Origin: Terracidiphilus sp.
GTDB lineage: Bacteria > Acidobacteriota > Terriglobia > Terriglobales > Acidobacteriaceae
Assembly: GCA_050012555.1 (NCBI GenBank)
Contig: JBEKGY010000018.1
Span: forward strand, 2,475 to 66,474
Reading direction: 5' to 3'
DNA length: 64,000 bases
The notes under the pieces are model-generated. The model was not told the origin of the DNA. It saw only the letters and a list, made by a program, of their open reading frames with translations, and did no database searches. This document shows, piece after piece, positions 60,809 to 64,000 of this stretch (positions within the stretch are counted from its first letter, which is position 1; each line of letters opens with the position of its first letter). Both the position numbers and the translations under genes were made by a program.

Positions 60809-62161
60809 CTACGCCGTGACAGTCCGCGTTGGCTTGGATCCCCACAGCCCGTAATAGGCGATGTAAAGATAGCAAATCATCGGAATGACAAAGCCGTGCT
60901 GAATGTTTGCTGTGTCACCGAGCTTTCCAAACAGGTCGATCAGCCTGCCCAGCAGATAGGGAATCACGGCCCCGCCCACAATCGCGGTCATGATCAGCCC
61001 CGAGCCCTTGCTGGTCATCGGTCCCAGTCCTACAATGCCCAGCGTAAAGATGTTGGGGAACATGATGGAGTTGAAGAAGCCACATAGCACCATGCTCCAG
61101 ATGGCGACCTGTCCGCTGGAGAGCATGGAGAGGGAGATGAGCGCGGCCGCGGCAAAGCCGAAGATACCCAGCAGCTTTCCCGACTTGACCCTGGTCAGAA
61201 TCCAGGAACCAAGCAGGCGGCCCACCAGCATGCCGAACCAGTAGAGGGAAAGAAGAATAGCGGCGATTTTTACTGCGCTCCAGGGGCCGAACCATCTGGT
61301 AACCAGTGCTCCGAAGCTGCCCAAAGATGCAAAGAATGAGGCTACCCGTGCGGCGCCCACTCCCTGATACAGAAAGTAGTTGACAGCAATCGAGGCCAGA
61401 CCCACTTCCACGCCCACATAGAAGAAGATGCCCAACGCTCCCAGCACCGTGTGCTTGTAACTCCAGATACTGCGGCTCAACACCGGGTCGCCCTCATTGC
61501 CGGGACGGAATGATTGTGTCTGGGTAATCGCGGGCAAGTGCATAAAGGCCACTGCAGCGCCGAGCAGTAGCAGTGCTCCGGCGATGAGAAGATAGGGTAC
61601 GCGAACCGTGTCGGCAATGCTCGCCTTGCTGGCAATCTTGTCCGGATCGGTAAGGATATATGCGCCGGCAACCAGCGGAGCAATGGTGCCGCCAATGGAA
61701 TTGAAGGCCTGCGCCAGGTTCAGGCGGATGGGGGCGCTATGCTCGGGTCCGAGAATGGAAATATACGGGTTGGCCGAAGTCTGCAATGCGGTAACGCCCG
61801 CTCCCACCACGAAGACCGCGGTAAGAAACAGAGGGAAGCTGACCAGCCTGGCCGCGGGAACGAACAAAAGGCAGCCCACCACCTGGATAAAGAGCGAAAC
61901 CACCATCGTCCGCTTGTATCCAATGGCCTCGATCAGTTTGGAGGTGGGCGCGGAGAAGACGAAGTAGGCCAGGAAAAACGCCGACTCGGCCAGCATGGCC
62001 GGCCCGTAGGGCAGATTGAAGATCGATCTCAGGTGGGGCACCAGCGCCATGTTCAGGTTAGTGATGAATCCGAAGATGAAAAACAGCGCGGTGACCGTGA
62101 TGAACGGGACAAGGTACCCGGGCGACGTGAGTGCCGCCGATTGTTTGGTTTGTGCTGCCAT
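60809..62161 (-). CDS. FucP/GluP-family sugar:H+ MFS symporter
   Basis: LFFIFGF, LQTSANPY, RLNLAQAFNSIG, YVGVEV, SIMFPNIF. Confidence 0.92.
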   Translation of the reverse strand: MAAQTKQSAALTSPGYLVPFITVTALFFIFGFITNLNMALVPHLRSIFNLPYGPAMLAESAFFLAYFVFSAPTSKLIEAIGYKRTMVVSLFIQVVGCLLFVPAARLVSFPLFLTAVFVVGAGVTALQTSANPYISILGPEHSAPIRLNLAQAFNSIGGTIAPLVAGAYILTDPDKIASKASIADTVRVPYLLIAGALLLLGAAVAFMHLPAITQTQSFRPGNEGDPVLSRSIWSYKHTVLGALGIFFYVGVEVGLASIAVNYFLYQGVGAARVASFFASLGSFGALVTRWFGPWSAVKIAAILLSLYWFGMLVGRLLGSWILTRVKSGKLLGIFGFAAAALISLSMLSSGQVAIWSMVLCGFFNSIMFPNIFTLGIVGLGPMTSKGSGLIMTAIVGGAVIPYLLGRLIDLFGKLGDTANIQHGFVIPMICYLYIAYYGLWGSKPTRTVTA

Positions 62162-62423
62162 GAAAGGTTGTTCTCCGTTTCCTCAAGCAAGTTTTGCCCG
62201 GCAAGGGCTGTTGCATGCTTCCGTCCACGGACGTTTACGGGACGGAGGTTACCGCAAGCCGGTTCTCATTTGTTTTGGAATTCCTTGAATTCCGTTTATT
62301 GCCGCACACAACACTATACGGCAAAGCGCACAGGAGTGAAGCGAATCTGCGCGGCGGTGGGATTCCGCGCTTCCTTGCCGGCGGCATTTTCCGCTATGCT
62401 CATCTTGAAGCGAGGAGCGAGAC

Positions 62424-63629
62424 GTGGCCAAGGAAGCGTTGAGCAGCGCGAAGTTGAAGAAGGTTCTGGCCGCCCTGGAAGGCAACTGGCAAGCCGAGAT
62501 GGAGGGCCACCTGACCTACCTGGCCCTGGCCGAGCGCGACTCCGACCCGGTGCGCGCCCAGGTTCTGCGCCATCTGGCCAGCGCCGAATGGGAGCACGCC
62601 GCCATGTGGTCCGGCCGCATCCAGGAATTGGGCCAACCCGCGCCCGTTTGGACCGGCAGCCCGCACGGCGAGGCGGACTCGCTGGCCAACCGCGCCGGTG
62701 GCATCGGCATGGCCCTGCGCCGCCTGGAGATCGAAGAGAGCCGCGCCATCGCCACCTACGGCGAGCAACTGAAGTCGCTGGGCGACGAGGACTCCGTCGC
62801 TATCCTCGAACACGTCATCGAGGACGAAAAGGACCACTACCAGGAACTGGGATCGTTGATACGCGGCCACTACACCGCTCCCGCCGGCGCGCACAAGATC
62901 GACGCCAAGGCGGTTCTCAATGAAATGCTGGCCAAACGCAACCAGGGCCGCAGGCAGCCTGGGGCCTGGATCGGCGACGCTATTTACGGGGTGAACGACG
63001 GCCTGGGCGCCATCTTCGGCATCGTCAGCGGCGTCAGCGGCGCCACCGCCGGCGACAGCAAATACGTGCTTCTGGCCGGCCTCTCCGGCATGATCGCCTC
63101 TGCGCTCTCCATGGGTTCCGGCGCTTATCTGGCCGCCAAAAGCGAGCGCGAAATCTACCACGCCGAGATGGCCCGCGAGCGCGAAGCCATCCAGATGAAC
63201 GGCCCCGAGGCGCGCGAACTTCTCTCGCTCTACTACCAGGTGAAAGGTTTGCCCGAGGCAGACGCCCTGCACATGGTCAACCACATTGCCACTGATCCAG
63301 AGCAGTTGCTCCGCGCACTTACCAGCGAGCGGCTCGGCTCCTCAGAAGAGGCGCTCTCCAACCCCCTGGTCTCAGCCAGCTCCGGCGCGCTTTCCACCGC
63401 CATCGGCGCCTCCATACCCATCATTCCCTTTTTCTTCATGAGCGGCATTGAGGCGGTCATCGCCGCAGCCATCATCTCGCTGGCCGCGCACTTCGCCGTG
63501 GGCGCCGCCAAGAGCCTCATCACCGTCCGCTCCTGGTGGTCTTCGGGCTTTGAAATGACCGTAGTCGGCGCAGTAGAAGGCGCAGTCACTTACGGCATAG
63601 GCATTCTGCTCGGGAAAGGCGGAATGTAG
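62424..63629 (+). CDS. Ferritin-like (rubrerythrin) domain fused to VIT1/CCC1 transporter (MbfA-like)
   Basis: EWEH and EKDH di-iron motifs; DAIYGVNDG, ASALSMGSGAYLAAKSE. Confidence 0.88.
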   Translation: MAKEALSSAKLKKVLAALEGNWQAEMEGHLTYLALAERDSDPVRAQVLRHLASAEWEHAAMWSGRIQELGQPAPVWTGSPHGEADSLANRAGGIGMALRRLEIEESRAIATYGEQLKSLGDEDSVAILEHVIEDEKDHYQELGSLIRGHYTAPAGAHKIDAKAVLNEMLAKRNQGRRQPGAWIGDAIYGVNDGLGAIFGIVSGVSGATAGDSKYVLLAGLSGMIASALSMGSGAYLAAKSEREIYHAEMAREREAIQMNGPEARELLSLYYQVKGLPEADALHMVNHIATDPEQLLRALTSERLGSSEEALSNPLVSASSGALSTAIGASIPIIPFFFMSGIEAVIAAAIISLAAHFAVGAAKSLITVRSWWSSGFEMTVVGAVEGAVTYGIGILLGKGGM

Positions 63630-63670
63630 GCAGCGCGCAATAGAGAAAGAGCTCCGTATCCCTGGTGTCT

Positions 63671-63961
63671 TCAGAGCGCAAGCGGTAGGCGATACACATC
63701 AATCTTGGTTTGCGAGCCGCTCACATAGGCCGTCGTAGAAAGCACTTTTGTACCCACAGATGCCGCCCCGCTCGCACAGATCGACAATGCGCCTAGTTGA
63801 TTCGGCTGGTCGATGAATGTCGCAAGATTGCGCTTTGTTCCCGCGCTCGGGTCAACCGTCAGCGCCGTAAGCTGCGTGAAATTAAGTTGCTCCTTTTCGG
63901 TCAGCAACGCGGCGAGATCGCTCATTGATAGATCTCCAGATACCGGAATAGTTCCTACCAT
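63671..63961 (-). CDS. Hypothetical 96-aa protein
   Basis: GGAGGTG RBS before ATG; no recognisable motif. Confidence 0.55.
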   Translation of the reverse strand: MVGTIPVSGDLSMSDLAALLTEKEQLNFTQLTALTVDPSAGTKRNLATFIDQPNQLGALSICASGAASVGTKVLSTTAYVSGSQTKIDVYRLPLAL

Positions 63962-64000
63962 CGTACACCTCCAAACTAGTTAAGGTTGGCCGCAGCAACA

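Overview
GC-rich bacterial window; gene content and style suggest Acidobacteriota (Terriglobia-like; inference). In order: 5' part of a Cus-type RND metal-efflux operon with a Cys-rich leader ORF next to the 3' end of tRNA-Pro(CGG); lipoprotein; an unannotated 35-aa membrane peptide; GH38 alpha-mannosidase; HemY/HemG oxidase; a 1340-aa repeat surface protein; AhbD/NirJ-like radical SAM; USP, ComF, HNH, mnmG; a Crp/Fnr regulator divergent from a porin-cytochrome module (decaheme DmsE/MtrA, MtrB-like barrel, monoheme cytochrome c, ImcH/NapC-like membrane multiheme cytochrome); a degenerate sedolisin-Ig protein; an RNB ribonuclease; two paralogous exported proteins; GH130 plus symporter; threonine aldolase; a Wzx/Wzy polysaccharide locus ending at tRNA-fMet; Tat GH20; aminotransferase; FucP-type MFS; ferritin-VIT1 fusion. 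Main result: six TGTGA-N6-TCACA-like boxes, two at or near class II activator position, that appear to link the electron-transfer module, a heme enzyme, USP and copper efflux to the local Cys-rich Crp/Fnr. Also notable: an in-frame 42-bp palindromic repeat in a gene, an internal-lipobox C-terminal tail, and att-like scars at both tRNAs. All family calls are from motif recognition by eye, not database searches.
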